A stretch of DNA of 64,000 nucleotides from Bryobacterales bacterium (GCA_963716685.1 CAVQTR010000003.1:3225500-3289499); one strand, 5' to 3'. Shown: positions 18,954 to 29,732, numbered from the stretch's first letter. Translations and numbers: made by a program. Notes: generated by a model from the letters alone, not told the origin.

Positions 18954-21312
18954 ACTCCGGCGCCATCCAGCAATCCGGATCTGACCTTCTTCTTCCTTCT
19001 GGGTTTGTCTTCCAGCGCCGCCTGGCATTCTCGCGTGGCGCTCGCCTTATCGCCCTTTTGCACCAGCGCCATCGCGTAGTGATAGTGATAAGTCGGGTTG
19101 TCCGGCACCTTGCGCCACCAGGTCTTTAAAGATCTCGACCGCGTTGTTGTACAGGTTCTTCTTCAGGTAAATCCAGCCGATGGTATCTGAAACCTCGGCG
19201 AGGCTCGGCAGCTTCTGTTTGGCGCGAGTAGCCAGGGTCAGCGCCTCGTCCAAGTTGCCGCCGGTCTCCGCCATCAGGTAGGCCAGAGTTGTTCAGCGCT
19301 TCCGGATTGTTGGGATCGCGTTTGATGGAAAGCTCGTACACTGAGCGAGCTTCGGCGTGCTGCCCGGTGTTATCCAGTAGGATCGCCAGATTGTTTAGAA
19401 CGATGGTATTTTCCGGAATCAGATCCTTGGCTTTCTTGTAGCCCTCAATCGATTTCGGAGTATCTTTCATATCGTAATATGTCGCGGCAAGGCGCGCCCA
19501 CACTTCGCCCTCGGCCGCGGGTTGTTCTTATAGCGGCCCAGCAGATCCTGGTAAACGGTCGCTGCCATCGGGTACTGGCCGGTGCGCAGTTCGAAATCGC
19601 CGAGATCGCGTTTCAGATCGAGGCGGTCCGGAAAGCGCTCGGTTCGGTCTTAATCAGTTTGACCGCCTCTGCCGGCTGACGCATCATAAGTGTAGCTTCC
19701 GCCTGGCCCAGAAGGCCTCGTGGGTTGGAAGGGTCGGCATCGTAGGCGTGCCGGAAAGAAGCGGCGGCGTCCTGATATTTCTTCTCCATCAGATCCAGCA
19801 CGCCCATTTCCAGCAGCGTGTCGGGCTGTTTTGCATTAGCAGCGAGCAGTTGGTTCAGGGTGGCCCGCGCCTCCGTCAAACTTCTGCATGCGCATCAGCG
19901 CCGCCGATTGCAGCAGCCGTGCGGCACCGCTCTTCGGATTCTGTTTTAACCCGTCCTGCGCATACTGCAGCGCGCCATTAGCATCGCCGCGGGAAAGCGC
20001 GACCTGTGCCAGCGCCAGACGCGGAGGCAGATAATCGGGACGGAGCTCAATGGCTTTCTGGAACTGCTGCCGGGCCTGCTCATACTCGCCTTTGGCGAAG
20101 TGGGCGCGGCCCAGATGGAAGCGCGCCACGAAGTTATCGGGACGCGCGGTGACCACCGCCTGCAGCTCGTTAATGGCCTGCTTGATGTCGCCCTTATCCA
20201 GAAGGAAACTGGCTTTTAAGCCGCGCGCTTCAGGGTCCTTCGGATTGGCTTTCAGGATCTCCTGATTCTTCTCATACGCCTGCGCCACTTTCCCCTCGTG
20301 AATCAAAGCCTGGATAATCAGCTTCTGGTACTCCAGCTTGCGTCCGGAATCCTTATCAATGCCCTCTTCGTACTGCTTGATCGCTGTAGGGCTGTCGTTC
20401 AGACGCAGATAGAAGTCGCCGGCGGTGAAGAACGCATTGGGGAAGTTCTTGTAATCCCGCTTCATGCTCCTCCAGCATCCCGACGGCATCGGGACGCCGG
20501 TTGTTGTTGAAGTAAAACGCCGCCAGCAGGGTCTTGTAGTTGTAATCCTTGGGATTGGCCGCAATGGCTTTCTTCAGCAGGGCTTCGGCTTCCGCCGTTT
20601 TCCTCTCGCCCATGTAAAGCCGATAGAGCTCGATGTAACCCAGCGTGCCGTTCTTGCCCTGATCGATGACGCCGCGATAAAGCTGCTCCGCTTCCGCCGG
20701 CTGGCCGTAAAGCGTCAGCGTGCGCGCCAGTGAGAGCATCACCTGCGGCTGGCCCGGCCGTATTTCCAGAGTACTGCGGTAACCCGCAATAGCGTCCTCA
20801 ATGGACTTCTTGGAATCGATTAGATTATTGCGCTTGTACTGGCCCACAGCGCGCGTAAATGCCAGATCGGCCTTCAGTTTATGACCTTCGAACGAACGCG
20901 GATTGCGCTGCAGGAATCCGTCGGCAATCTGGTCCACTTCCGTAATCAGCGGAAGATCGCGATTCGGCTGATCGGACTGCTGCACTGCCTGCAGCAGAAT
21001 TTCCGCCAGATCCAGGCTGCTTTCGTCGTATTCCTTCGACCCTTTGGGAAGCAGTTCCATCGCCCGGCGAAGTGCGGGAACGGAGTTGGCAACCTGTCCC
21101 TGCCTGAGGCTGGTCTGCGCCAGATGGTAATACGCATCCCCGTACTTGCCGTCCACCGAAAGGGCGCGGCGGTACATGATGGATGCTTCTTTGTAATGTC
21201 CCTTCTCGAAATAGGCATTGCCACGATCGAGATACCGCTTCCTGACGACCTTCGGGTCGCGGCTGCAACTGACTAATGCAATAGATATAAGAACGAGAGC
21301 AACGGCGCGCAT
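18950..21312 (-). pseudogene. TPR-repeat lipoprotein (about 785 aa), frameshifted at least 4 times
   Basis: Lipoprotein signal MRAVALVLISIALVSCS, then continuous TPR repeats across ORFs 20356-21345, 19836-20564, 19613-19879, 19126-19503 and 19047-19274. The stop overlaps the VWA stop convergently (18950-18953). Confidence 0.6.
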
Positions 21313-21352
21313 AGAAACCTTCAGCAGCCCGTGCCTTTTCGGCACAAACGAC

Positions 21353-24300
21353 CTATTCTACCGCGACAGTTGGCGCAGCCGGTCCTGTGGTAGTACTACT
21401 CACGCTGCCGATCTTGATGGTGACCGGCAAGGTGTCGCCGTTCATATGTACGCCTGGAACCGTGACATTGATTTGATTGACACCCACCAGACCGGGAACC
21501 AGACCGCTGAAATTCACAATCACCGGAGCCTGGCTGTAGCCCTGCGGGCCGAAGAAGACCTGCACCGGCGCGGTAACTGCCAGCGGACTGGTCGGCGCCG
21601 CGTTGCCAGCCGTCACTGCCCCTCCGGTAGTCACGCCGAGACCAGTAGCGTAAATGACCAGTTTCTGATCGCGCGTAGTCGGATTGTCCTTCGTCACCGG
21701 TTTGCCGTCCGCATGATAGATGGCAGCCTGCCCCGTGGAACTCACGAAGATTGCGGGCGCATACTGCGTCACGGTGATGGGAGCCGCAACCTGGGACGCA
21801 GCCTGATTCGCGATCGAGCGGACGGTCAGCGAATACCGACCGGCCGTCAGCGTGGGAGGCAGCTGCGCGTTGATTTGTCCGGAAGTGGTAGCGATCAGCG
21901 GCAGTGCCGTGGTACCCAGCGTCACGCAGGTGCCGCCGAGGACCGTAGGAAGCGGAGTCGCGGAAGCAGTGGCCACCGCCGCAAGGTTCTGTCCAAAGAT
22001 GCCAATCAGGCTGCCCGGAGCCACGGCCGTTTGATAACTGCCGAGGTTCACCACGCCGCCCTGACTCACCTGGGGCCGAGCGGACGCCGGTACAGGCGTT
22101 AGTGGAATGATCGATAGACCGCTCATGGTGAGAATGTACGCCGTGTTCGAAACCGAATCGATCGCGAGCGTACGGCCGGCGGTAACCACCGCTCGTGTTC
22201 CGGTCACCGTGGAAGCCTGCCCTTCGAGCGCATTCGTCACCCCCATAGCCGTACCGGTGGTCGCATTATCCATTTCGATCTGGCCCGCATCGGAAGGGGT
22301 CGCCGTGGCAGTGGCCGTCACCGGCTGCGTGAAGCGCGCGAAGGTTGTGGCACTGACCGCCACGGCCGCCCAGGTGGGCCGCACGGTTGTAGTGGTCGTG
22401 GTGGTGGAAGTTCCGGGCAGATTCTGCGGCGTCAGCGCCGAATTCAGCAGAGTTCCGTTTACTACGTAGTACTGTCCTTTGGGCCCGGCGGCGACCGGAC
22501 CAAGGAAGCCGGAGAGCGTCGTAAAAATCTGGCGCGCAATCGTGTAATCGTCAACGCTGGCGTCGTAAAGGTAAACGTACCCTGCGCCGGTGGCCAGGAT
22601 CACGTATTCTCCGCCGGGAGTGGCCGCCATGGTGCGCGAGGTGTTCTGAGTGGTGCCGCCGGAAACGGTTTTCACCGTGGTGGTGTTCGAGCCGCCGAAA
22701 ATGGCCGGATTCAGCGTGCGTGGAATTGCCTGGTTGCCATCGATTTTCCACAGGCTGCCGTCGCTCATCACAAACTGCGGCCCGCGCTCACTTGACGCGA
22801 TCGAAACCGGATAAGCAAGCGTAACGGCAACATTCGTGGGAATGGCGGGAAAGATTACCTGTCCCACTGTCTGGCCCTTATTCAAATCCACCATGCTGAT
22901 GGATTCGCCGCCGGTATTCGCAACATAGAGCGTCACGCCATCGTTGCCCATCGCCATCGAGTGCGGCAGCTGGCCAACCTTGATCGGCGTCCCGAACTTC
23001 TGGGTCGCCAAATCGAACACCTCCACCTCATTGAGGCCGGAGTTCGCCATGTAGAGCTTGCGGCGGCTGGAGTCCAGCATGATGTCCACCAGGGTTTCCG
23101 CCGGACTGATATTCTGCGCAACGGGGATAATCGTGCCGCGCGCATCGGCATCGCGGTTGTTCTCGTAAACGCGCACGCTCGCCGGAATGTTGACGGCTTC
23201 CGGCGACTGCACCAGGAAATCGTTGGGGCCGACCGTGCCGGGTTTGGTGGCTGCCCGGGAATTGTATTTAAAGGTGAGAGTCGCGCCGTTCTGAGAAGAG
23301 GTTTGCTGCACAATCGGAACGGTTCCGGTGGCAGTCGTGGTCGTCGTCGTCGTCGTCGTCGTGGTTCCGCCTCCGCCCGCTCCGCCGTTTCCGCCGCCGC
23401 CAACCGGCGTAAGACCCCCGCCGCCGATGATGCCAATAATTCCGCCGATGCCGCCACCGGGGAAGATGACTCCGCCGCCCGCGCCGCCAAAGCCGCCGAG
23501 CCCGTTTACCCCGGTGGTAGGGATGGTGTAAGACTGAACGTTCACGCTCAGGCGGCCGGCGCCCGTATTGGTAACCGGGTCAGCGAGGGAACTCTGGCTT
23601 GAGGTGACGCCGCATTGATCGTTGGCCAGCAGAACCGTCTGCGTGGCAACCTGCGCGAGTGGGCTCTGTGCCAGGGACCCGATTGGCAGGGTGACGAACC
23701 CCGACTGCGAGAGGCCGTAAATGGTGTTGCCGGCAGCGTTGATTACCATCCTGCCGGACAGGCTCTCCGGCAGCTGCAGGCCCAGCCGGATCAGCAGATT
23801 ATCCGGATCGTTCACCAGCAGACGGGTAACATTGGCGTTGGCCGGCGGGTTCTGAATTGGCGCAAAATTGAAAGCCGCGTAAAGCACCGAGCCATCCGGC
23901 GAGAACACGCTGCCGCCCTGGTTGGTCTGGGTGTTGAAGTTGGCTCCGGAAGGAAAAGCGAATGGCGCGTTGGCCACATTCTCCTGGGCGCGAATGGAAA
24001 GCGTCTGCGTATCAAAGAGAGAGGAGCCCGCCATGAACTTCGTCCCGTCCGGCGAAACCGAGAGAACGTTCGAGAGATTGGTGACCACGCGGCTCTGCAG
24101 CACCGTTCCGGAAGCTACCTGATAGAGGAAAACCACGCGGTTGTTGGTGGTTGCCGAGCTGGTGACGTTGGCGCCGATGATCATGGTTCCGTCCGAAGTC
24201 GTCAGCAGCTTGCTGTGATACGAAGCGTATGTGTCTCCAGATGGCGCCGGGAGAGTCGGCGGAGTCGGCGCGGCGGGAGTAATGGCGACGTTGGTTAGCC

Positions 24301-24793
24301 GGCTGGAGGAAGGCGCGGAAGGATCATAGATCAGCAGGATATTCGAGCCGGAACTGCCGACAGTCGAGATGAGCACGCGGCCATCACCGCCCGCGGCCAC
24401 CCCTTCGGGACTAGCGGGAAGGCTCACCCGATTAGTGACGGAGAGAGTGCTCTTAGTGAGATCGACGATATCGAGCGTGCCTCCGGTATACGCAGTCACG
24501 TAGAGGGTCGGCGAAGCCGCGGATCCCGCCGCCGGCGCCAGGGCAACAGAAACCGGTTGCGAATCGACCGTGATAGAGGCAAGAAAAGTTTTCTGCTGGA
24601 TTGAATAAACGTCAACCCGGTTGCCGGAGCTGTCGCACAGGTAGAGCCTCTGGCGGGGCTCGTCGAGAACAACGTCGGAATACGAGCCTCCCCCGGGAGC
24701 GGGGACAACCGTCCCAAACGTGGCGGAGAAGCCTGGCAATGCGGCGAGCGCGGAAAATACTAAGAATAACGCGGGACGCATGGGTACTCCCAT
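21353..24793 (-). CDS. secreted YVTN/NHL-type beta-propeller repeat protein with Gly/Thr-rich linkers and C-terminal TIGR03437 (Solibacter C-terminal) domain
   Basis: 1146 aa. Signal peptide MRPALFLVFSALAALPGFSA. Repeated propeller blades. Low-complexity GGFGGAGGG...TTTTTTTTTTT. The C-terminal segment ...YAPAIFVSSTGQAAIYHADGKPV...GLVPGLVGVNQINVTVP... matches the TIGR03437 pattern. Confidence 0.75.
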   Translation of the reverse strand: MGVPMRPALFLVFSALAALPGFSATFGTVVPAPGGGSYSDVVLDEPRQRLYLCDSSGNRVDVYSIQQKTFLASITVDSQPVSVALAPAAGSAASPTLYVTAYTGGTLDIVDLTKSTLSVTNRVSLPASPEGVAAGGDGRVLISTVGSSGSNILLIYDPSAPSSSRLTNVAITPAAPTPPTLPAPSGDTYASYHSKLLTTSDGTMIIGANVTSSATTNNRVVFLYQVASGTVLQSRVVTNLSNVLSVSPDGTKFMAGSSLFDTQTLSIRAQENVANAPFAFPSGANFNTQTNQGGSVFSPDGSVLYAAFNFAPIQNPPANANVTRLLVNDPDNLLIRLGLQLPESLSGRMVINAAGNTIYGLSQSGFVTLPIGSLAQSPLAQVATQTVLLANDQCGVTSSQSSLADPVTNTGAGRLSVNVQSYTIPTTGVNGLGGFGGAGGGVIFPGGGIGGIIGIIGGGGLTPVGGGGNGGAGGGGTTTTTTTTTTTATGTVPIVQQTSSQNGATLTFKYNSRAATKPGTVGPNDFLVQSPEAVNIPASVRVYENNRDADARGTIIPVAQNISPAETLVDIMLDSSRRKLYMANSGLNEVEVFDLATQKFGTPIKVGQLPHSMAMGNDGVTLYVANTGGESISMVDLNKGQTVGQVIFPAIPTNVAVTLAYPVSIASSERGPQFVMSDGSLWKIDGNQAIPRTLNPAIFGGSNTTTVKTVSGGTTQNTSRTMAATPGGEYVILATGAGYVYLYDASVDDYTIARQIFTTLSGFLGPVAAGPKGQYYVVNGTLLNSALTPQNLPGTSTTTTTTTVRPTWAAVAVSATTFARFTQPVTATATATPSDAGQIEMDNATTGTAMGVTNALEGQASTVTGTRAVVTAGRTLAIDSVSNTAYILTMSGLSIIPLTPVPASARPQVSQGGVVNLGSYQTAVAPGSLIGIFGQNLAAVATASATPLPTVLGGTCVTLGTTALPLIATTSGQINAQLPPTLTAGRYSLTVRSIANQAASQVAAPITVTQYAPAIFVSSTGQAAIYHADGKPVTKDNPTTRDQKLVIYATGLGVTTGGAVTAGNAAPTSPLAVTAPVQVFFGPQGYSQAPVIVNFSGLVPGLVGVNQINVTVPGVHMNGDTLPVTIKIGSVSSTTTGPAAPTVAVE
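23333..23363 (-). repeat. (GTC)n/(GGT)n microsatellite inside a CDS, encoding a poly-Thr run
   Basis: gtcgtggtcgtcgtcgtcgtcgtcgtcgtgg read on the minus strand gives TTTTTTTTTTT. It is coding low complexity, not a CRISPR array. Confidence 0.6.
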
Positions 24794-24830
24794 AGTAACC
24801 CCCGCCCGTCGCCGAAGTTCCAGAACCGGA

Positions 24831-25244
24831 CTAGATCACCCAGCGGAGCGATTCGCCGCCAGGCGACGGCGACCAGTCTCCAAACGACATGTTATGCACC
24901 CGCACAGCCAGCTGCCACCGGGAGAATCCGGTTTGCATAATCCGCACAAGCGATGCTTCGCAATCCATGGTTTTCCGGCCAAAGCTGTGATTGGCCGGCA
25001 ACATCACACGGACATGAACCGTTTCTCCGAGAGCAGGGAGATCGTTCCCAATAGAACTCAGATCACATCCAATCAAAATTCCGTTTCGGTGAAGGTTCGC
25101 AGTGACACCTTCCAGCGGAAGCAACCAAAGCTTCGGAAAGAGAACTTCACAGGGAAGTTTCATTTCGATGCGATCATCCGCACGCCTGTTCATACCAGCT
25201 TGCCCCTCCGGCCGAGCCGTGAGCCCAGTAGGAATCATTTCCAA
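24831..25244 (-). CDS. PilZ domain protein (c-di-GMP receptor family)
   Basis: RRADDR (RxxxR) and DLSSIG (DxSxxG) motifs at PilZ spacing. 137-aa ORF; the true start may be the internal MNRRADDR. Confidence 0.55.
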   Translation of the reverse strand: MEMIPTGLTARPEGQAGMNRRADDRIEMKLPCEVLFPKLWLLPLEGVTANLHRNGILIGCDLSSIGNDLPALGETVHVRVMLPANHSFGRKTMDCEASLVRIMQTGFSRWQLAVRVHNMSFGDWSPSPGGESLRWVI

Positions 25245-25315
25245 TTATAAAAAGAATAGGACTCTGATTAGCTCAGCTCTTCAGCTAGTTTTATACCAGA
25301 TTCATGACAGTTTCG

Positions 25316-28300
25316 CTAGAAGGCGAAGCGAAGCTGAAGATCAATTCGGCGATTATTGGTGCTTCCGCCCGGCGGCCCGAAACCGCCGCCCCCCAGAGCA
25401 TTGGCCACTCCAAAGAATGGAGACGTGAGATCGCCGTTGTAGTTCGCCGGGTTCACATGGTTCAACAGGTTCCGCGCGTTGGCCGAAATGGTCAGGTTGT
25501 AGCGCTTGTTGGTGACACCGCCGCCACCGCCGCCCATGCCGCCCATCATGCCGGGCATCCCGCCGCCGCGTCCACCGCCACCGCCACCGCCCCCGCGTCC
25601 GCCGCCGCCGCCCATACCACCGCCACCGCCGCCGCCCCCGGTGTTGGGACGGGCAGCGCCCTCACCAAAGCCCCATGTCTTCGAAATGCGAAGGTTCACG
25701 GTGAACGTCCCGGGGCCCTGACCATAGTTGCGGGGAATCAGCGCGGAGCCGGGCACGGGATTCAGATAAAAATCCCCGTAAGCCGTGCATTTTACGTTGT
25801 TTGTGCCGCAGGCAGAAGCCGGCGCAAACGACGGGCGTCCGTTAAAGAGAGTGGTGCCGTAGACGTCGTGTCCCACTGTAATGTTGAACGGCGGTCCCGT
25901 CTGCATCGTGATGAACGGGCTGAAGCGGACGTTGTACTTCGCGTTGAACGATCCGCTAATGATGCCGCGATGGCGAATGTCCTGTGAGGAACGGCCGTAA
26001 TCCTGAGACAGATTGTACTGGTCGGCCGGAAAGGAACCGGCACCGTCCGTGTTGCTGTGTGCGTGAGCGAACACGTAATACCCGAATACGGATAGATTCG
26101 CGTTAATCCGGGAATTTACATTGGTAATCAATTGATTCTGATTAAATGTTCCGTTGGATTCATATTGGAACAGGTTGCCTGCGGCCGCGCCGTACGGGAA
26201 CGCGCCGCCGACGACGCTTCCGCGGTTATTGAAGATCGCGGTGCCGTCGAGGGGGGCATTAATGTCGCGGGAGAGAAACTGATGCGTGGTGTGCGACATC
26301 ATGTAGTTCACCGCGATCGTCGTGTTGTAAGGAAGGCCGCGTTCCACGCCGATCGCTCCCTGATAGGTAGCGGGCGCGTGAAGGTTGGGGTCCAGCGTGT
26401 AAATGGTGCTGGCGGAAGATCCACTCTGGCCCGCCAGGGCCTGAATAGTGGCGATGGAGGGGACGTTAGGGAAGAAGTTCGGCGACGTGATGATGTAGGA
26501 ATGCTGCAGGCTGCCGTTAAAGCGCTCGGTCTGCAACACGTTCGACACGTTGAAGCGGTCGTAGAAAATACCCGCGCCGCCGCGGACCACCGTCTTCGAT
26601 TTGCCGGCCTGACCGGGCGACCAGGCAAAGCCAAGACGCGGGGCCACATCGGAATGGTCGTGGATATTGGTCTGATACTCGTACCGGATACCGCCGCTCA
26701 GGGTCAGGTTGGGGCGGACGCGCCAGTCGTCCAGAAGGAAGACGCCGACATCGGTTTGGTTCAGCCCAATATAAGGACTACCGGTCGCGATGGAGAACTG
26801 CGTGGCTCCGGCCCCGGCAGCGGTGAGCTGAGTAGGGGTATAGCCAAGCGCCTGCAGCTGGAGGGTGCGCTGATAGAGCTGCAGCGAGGTCAGCTGCACG
26901 CACGTAGTGGTGACGCTCTGCGAAGGCGAACAGCCAGGCAGCGGATTGTTGTTGGCATCGAGCGCCGGGGCAAGCGCGCTCGCGAACTGGAAGGAGCCGC
27001 CGAAATTCTGCGCGGAGGAGTTGTTTACGAAGTACGAACGCAGGCGGAACCCGGCTTTGATCGAGTGTGCACCCTGCGCCAGCGAGGTATAGTTCTGCAG
27101 TTCGGCATGATGCTCCTTGTCATACGACCGTCCCACCTGGCTGCCGCCGCCGCTGAAGGACTGCAGCACGTTGATGGAAGGAAGCGAGTTGTCGCCCGTC
27201 TGGACGCTGTTGGTCATCAGGTACTGGAACCGGGTTTCGTTAATGACTTTGGTGCTCAGAACGGCGGTTTCCGTGATGCGCACGCTCTGTTCGGTGTTTT
27301 CGGTGTTGTAGGCCTGCGAAGGCAGAGTAAACTGCCCGAGACCCGCATCGCTCTGCTTCTGCTGCTGGAAGGAGTAGCGCATCACGATGGTGTTATTACC
27401 GTTGATCTGATAATCCAGCCGCGGGCTGATCTCGTTGCGCGAATTCGGCGTGGGAACCGAAGTGCTGAACGGGGCCGGCTGCAGAGCGCTGTTCAGGGTG
27501 TAGGCATTAATAATTGCGTTGTCGTTGATGGCGCGGCGCTGCAGGTCGAGAAAGAACGAAGCCCGCTTGCTGAGCGGGCCGCTCAGATTGCCCTCATACA
27601 GTTTGGATTGGAAGGTGGGGCTGAAATTGTTGGTCGCAACGGTCCCCGGGCTCAAACCCGTAACCGCCGCGCCGGGCTGCTGTGAGGCCACCAGAAACGG
27701 GTTGCGCGAGTTGAAAACCGAATCGCTGTCGTTGAACATCACCGAGCCGCGGAACTTGTCCGTACCCGGCTTGGTCAAAATTTCAATGCGGCCAAAGCCG
27801 ATGTGATCGTATTCGGCCGAGAAGGGATTCTGGTTGATGCGGATTTCACGGATGGAAGACTTGGGAGGCAGGTTGCCGCCGGTGAATCCATCGATATAGA
27901 TCTGGCCCCCGTTGGGACCGGCGGAAGGACCGGCAAGCGCCTGAAGATCGGCTGCCAGATCGTCGGGATCGTCGGGGAGAGCTTCGAGGTCGCTGCCCTT
28001 CAGAACCAACTGGCCGGCGTTGGCCACCGGATCCACGCTAACAGTGCCGACAGCGTCGGAACTGACCGTGACTTCCTGCTTATTGGCCTGGAGGTCGAGC
28101 GGGATGCTAAGGGTCTGAGTCCTGCCGGCCGCGATCGAGATTGGCTTTGAATTGTACGGAGCGAAGCCAAACTTGGTGATCTGGACGGTGTAGTTACCGG
28201 GCGCCAGGGCAGCGGCAGTAAACGAACCGGTCTCGTCTGTGGAGAGCGTCTTCGACGTGCCCCTTCCGGCCACAATCACGGCGGCTCCGGGGATGGCCGA

Positions 28301-28423
28301 ACCCGTTACATCCGTCACCTGACCTTTCAGGGTGCCGCCGGGAGCAGGCTGCGCATCGGCCCCGGGGGCCAGTATGCCCAGGCAAAGAAGGAAAAGGGAA
28401 AGACAGGTTCGATTTCGAGACAT
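25316..28423 (-). CDS. TonB-dependent receptor with N-terminal carboxypeptidase-regulatory-like domain, and a Gly-rich insert near the C-terminus
   Basis: The start is the ATG at 28423 (MSRNRTCLSLFLLCLGILAPGADAQ). A CarbopepD_reg-like domain follows (GTLKGQVTDVTGSAIPGAAVIV..), then the plug and barrel. (G)n run: GGGGGGGGMGGGGGRGGGGGGGGRGGGMPGMMGGMGGGGGG. Terminal aromatic residue F. Confidence 0.85.
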   Translation of the reverse strand: MSRNRTCLSLFLLCLGILAPGADAQPAPGGTLKGQVTDVTGSAIPGAAVIVAGRGTSKTLSTDETGSFTAAALAPGNYTVQITKFGFAPYNSKPISIAAGRTQTLSIPLDLQANKQEVTVSSDAVGTVSVDPVANAGQLVLKGSDLEALPDDPDDLAADLQALAGPSAGPNGGQIYIDGFTGGNLPPKSSIREIRINQNPFSAEYDHIGFGRIEILTKPGTDKFRGSVMFNDSDSVFNSRNPFLVASQQPGAAVTGLSPGTVATNNFSPTFQSKLYEGNLSGPLSKRASFFLDLQRRAINDNAIINAYTLNSALQPAPFSTSVPTPNSRNEISPRLDYQINGNNTIVMRYSFQQQKQSDAGLGQFTLPSQAYNTENTEQSVRITETAVLSTKVINETRFQYLMTNSVQTGDNSLPSINVLQSFSGGGSQVGRSYDKEHHAELQNYTSLAQGAHSIKAGFRLRSYFVNNSSAQNFGGSFQFASALAPALDANNNPLPGCSPSQSVTTTCVQLTSLQLYQRTLQLQALGYTPTQLTAAGAGATQFSIATGSPYIGLNQTDVGVFLLDDWRVRPNLTLSGGIRYEYQTNIHDHSDVAPRLGFAWSPGQAGKSKTVVRGGAGIFYDRFNVSNVLQTERFNGSLQHSYIITSPNFFPNVPSIATIQALAGQSGSSASTIYTLDPNLHAPATYQGAIGVERGLPYNTTIAVNYMMSHTTHQFLSRDINAPLDGTAIFNNRGSVVGGAFPYGAAAGNLFQYESNGTFNQNQLITNVNSRINANLSVFGYYVFAHAHSNTDGAGSFPADQYNLSQDYGRSSQDIRHRGIISGSFNAKYNVRFSPFITMQTGPPFNITVGHDVYGTTLFNGRPSFAPASACGTNNVKCTAYGDFYLNPVPGSALIPRNYGQGPGTFTVNLRISKTWGFGEGAARPNTGGGGGGGGMGGGGGRGGGGGGGGRGGGMPGMMGGMGGGGGGVTNKRYNLTISANARNLLNHVNPANYNGDLTSPFFGVANALGGGGFGPPGGSTNNRRIDLQLRFAF

Positions 28424-28466
28424 AGGGTAGTTACAGGTAAGTTCCGGTTCGTTGGATTTCCCCACG

Positions 28467-29732
28467 TTACTGTGGGATGGACATTTCAAAGTTCCAGCCG
28501 CCATCGACAGCCGAGCGGCCGCCGCCTTTGGTAGGAGCGGTAAGCAGCGGCTCCACGCCGGCTACCAGGCTGATTGCCGTCACGCTGGTGGGATCGCCGC
28601 CACCGGAGCTCGAAACCATAATGGCATCGCCCGGTTTCAGATCGGCAAGGGTAATCGTCGGGGCATTTTCAAGGACGCGTGCGGGGTCGAAGCGACGTCC
28701 GCCGCCAAAGCCGCCGCCACCCGGACCACCGCCGCCCGGACCGCCGGGTCCGCCAGCGCGGGGCTGGCCATCACCGGAACCATACGCGGGACGTCCCTCG
28801 GCTCCGGCAGGACGGCCCTGACCACCGCCAGGACCACCGGCGCCGCCTGGACCACCCGCTCCGGGAGCGCCACCCCCGGCTGCCGCGCCTGCCTGCTGCC
28901 GCGCCATCATGGCCGCCAGCATGGCAGGCAGTTTCTTCACGGTCGTGCTGTCATTGACCTTAACGGTCACGGGCTTCTTCGTGGCGAGATCGGTCATGCG
29001 CACCGTTTTGGCCGCCGCGTCCACCGAAATGATGGTGCCCGCCTGCCGGACGAACGTTCCATACACAATCTCTTCCGGCTTCACCCGCAGGCCGTCTTCC
29101 GACTTTTGCCCCAGCACGCGAATGGTATCGCCCGCTTTGATTTCGGAAAGGCTGCTTGGCTTGGCGTCGGAAAACTTGACGGAATCCGCCGCGTAGCGAT
29201 GCACTTCGGCTTTATCGACGGGCTCCACCACAATCTGCCTGGGATCGGTGCCGATGGTCTTGAAGGTAATCTCCTTCGTAGCGGGATTGACCAGCGTCAC
29301 CGTCCCGGCGAGGCCGCGCTTCTGCCACTCTTCCTGGCCGGCCTGCTGGTGTTTCGCCAATTCGGCCTTGGTCATCACCACCATCGTGGTCGCGGGGCTG
29401 AAGCTGCCGTTGTCCAGCTTGCGCACCCGGGCAAGAGCGCGATCGCCAACGCCCAGATCACCTTCTTTCACTTCGGTTGCTTTTTTCAGGTCTTTTTCGC
29501 CGGGCGCGAGTTTCAGAAAGTGTGTCTTATCGTCAAACGTGACAGTCGAGGAAGTGCCGTTATCGGCTTTGATGGTCACCTGTTTGGTGGCACTGTCCAG
29601 CGCGGTCACTTCGCCCAGGATGCTCGCAAAGGCCGATGGTTTTGACGCCGGCGCCGTGGCCGCGTCCTGCCCCACAGCCGGAAACGATGCGGCTGTAAGA
29701 CAGATGATGCTCAAAACAGAGAACTTCCACAT
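28467..29732 (-). CDS. secreted repeat protein (four roughly 70-aa beta-rich repeats, DUF5666-like) with a Gly/Pro-rich linker
   Basis: ATG at 29732 gives MWKFSVLSIICLTAASFPAVGQ. Internal repeats have the form T(V/I)T..D..T....V.V.....(K/V)..L..L..GD.I.V. Linker: GGGAPGAGGPGGAGGPGGGQGRPAG...GGPGGPGGGGPGGGGFGGG. Confidence 0.5.
   Translation of the reverse strand: MWKFSVLSIICLTAASFPAVGQDAATAPASKPSAFASILGEVTALDSATKQVTIKADNGTSSTVTFDDKTHFLKLAPGEKDLKKATEVKEGDLGVGDRALARVRKLDNGSFSPATTMVVMTKAELAKHQQAGQEEWQKRGLAGTVTLVNPATKEITFKTIGTDPRQIVVEPVDKAEVHRYAADSVKFSDAKPSSLSEIKAGDTIRVLGQKSEDGLRVKPEEIVYGTFVRQAGTIISVDAAAKTVRMTDLATKKPVTVKVNDSTTVKKLPAMLAAMMARQQAGAAAGGGAPGAGGPGGAGGPGGGQGRPAGAEGRPAYGSGDGQPRAGGPGGPGGGGPGGGGFGGGRRFDPARVLENAPTITLADLKPGDAIMVSSSGGGDPTSVTAISLVAGVEPLLTAPTKGGGRSAVDGGWNFEMSIPQ

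Noticed and set aside
11856-20564. Interpreting the frameshift-dense block as a decaying genomic island or recent pseudogene burst
   Set aside because: No mobile-element genes, tRNA flank or compositional shift are seen there. Breaks also hit essential pyr genes elsewhere and map to homopolymer runs, so an assembly or sequencing artefact is the simpler explanation. I kept it as a finding to be verified rather than as biology.
23333-23363. Possible CRISPR or mini-satellite from the (GTC)n run and neighbouring GC-rich triplet repeats (25495-25660)
   Set aside because: These are in-frame coding microsatellites producing poly-Thr and poly-Gly tracts inside long intact ORFs. There is no repeat-spacer architecture.
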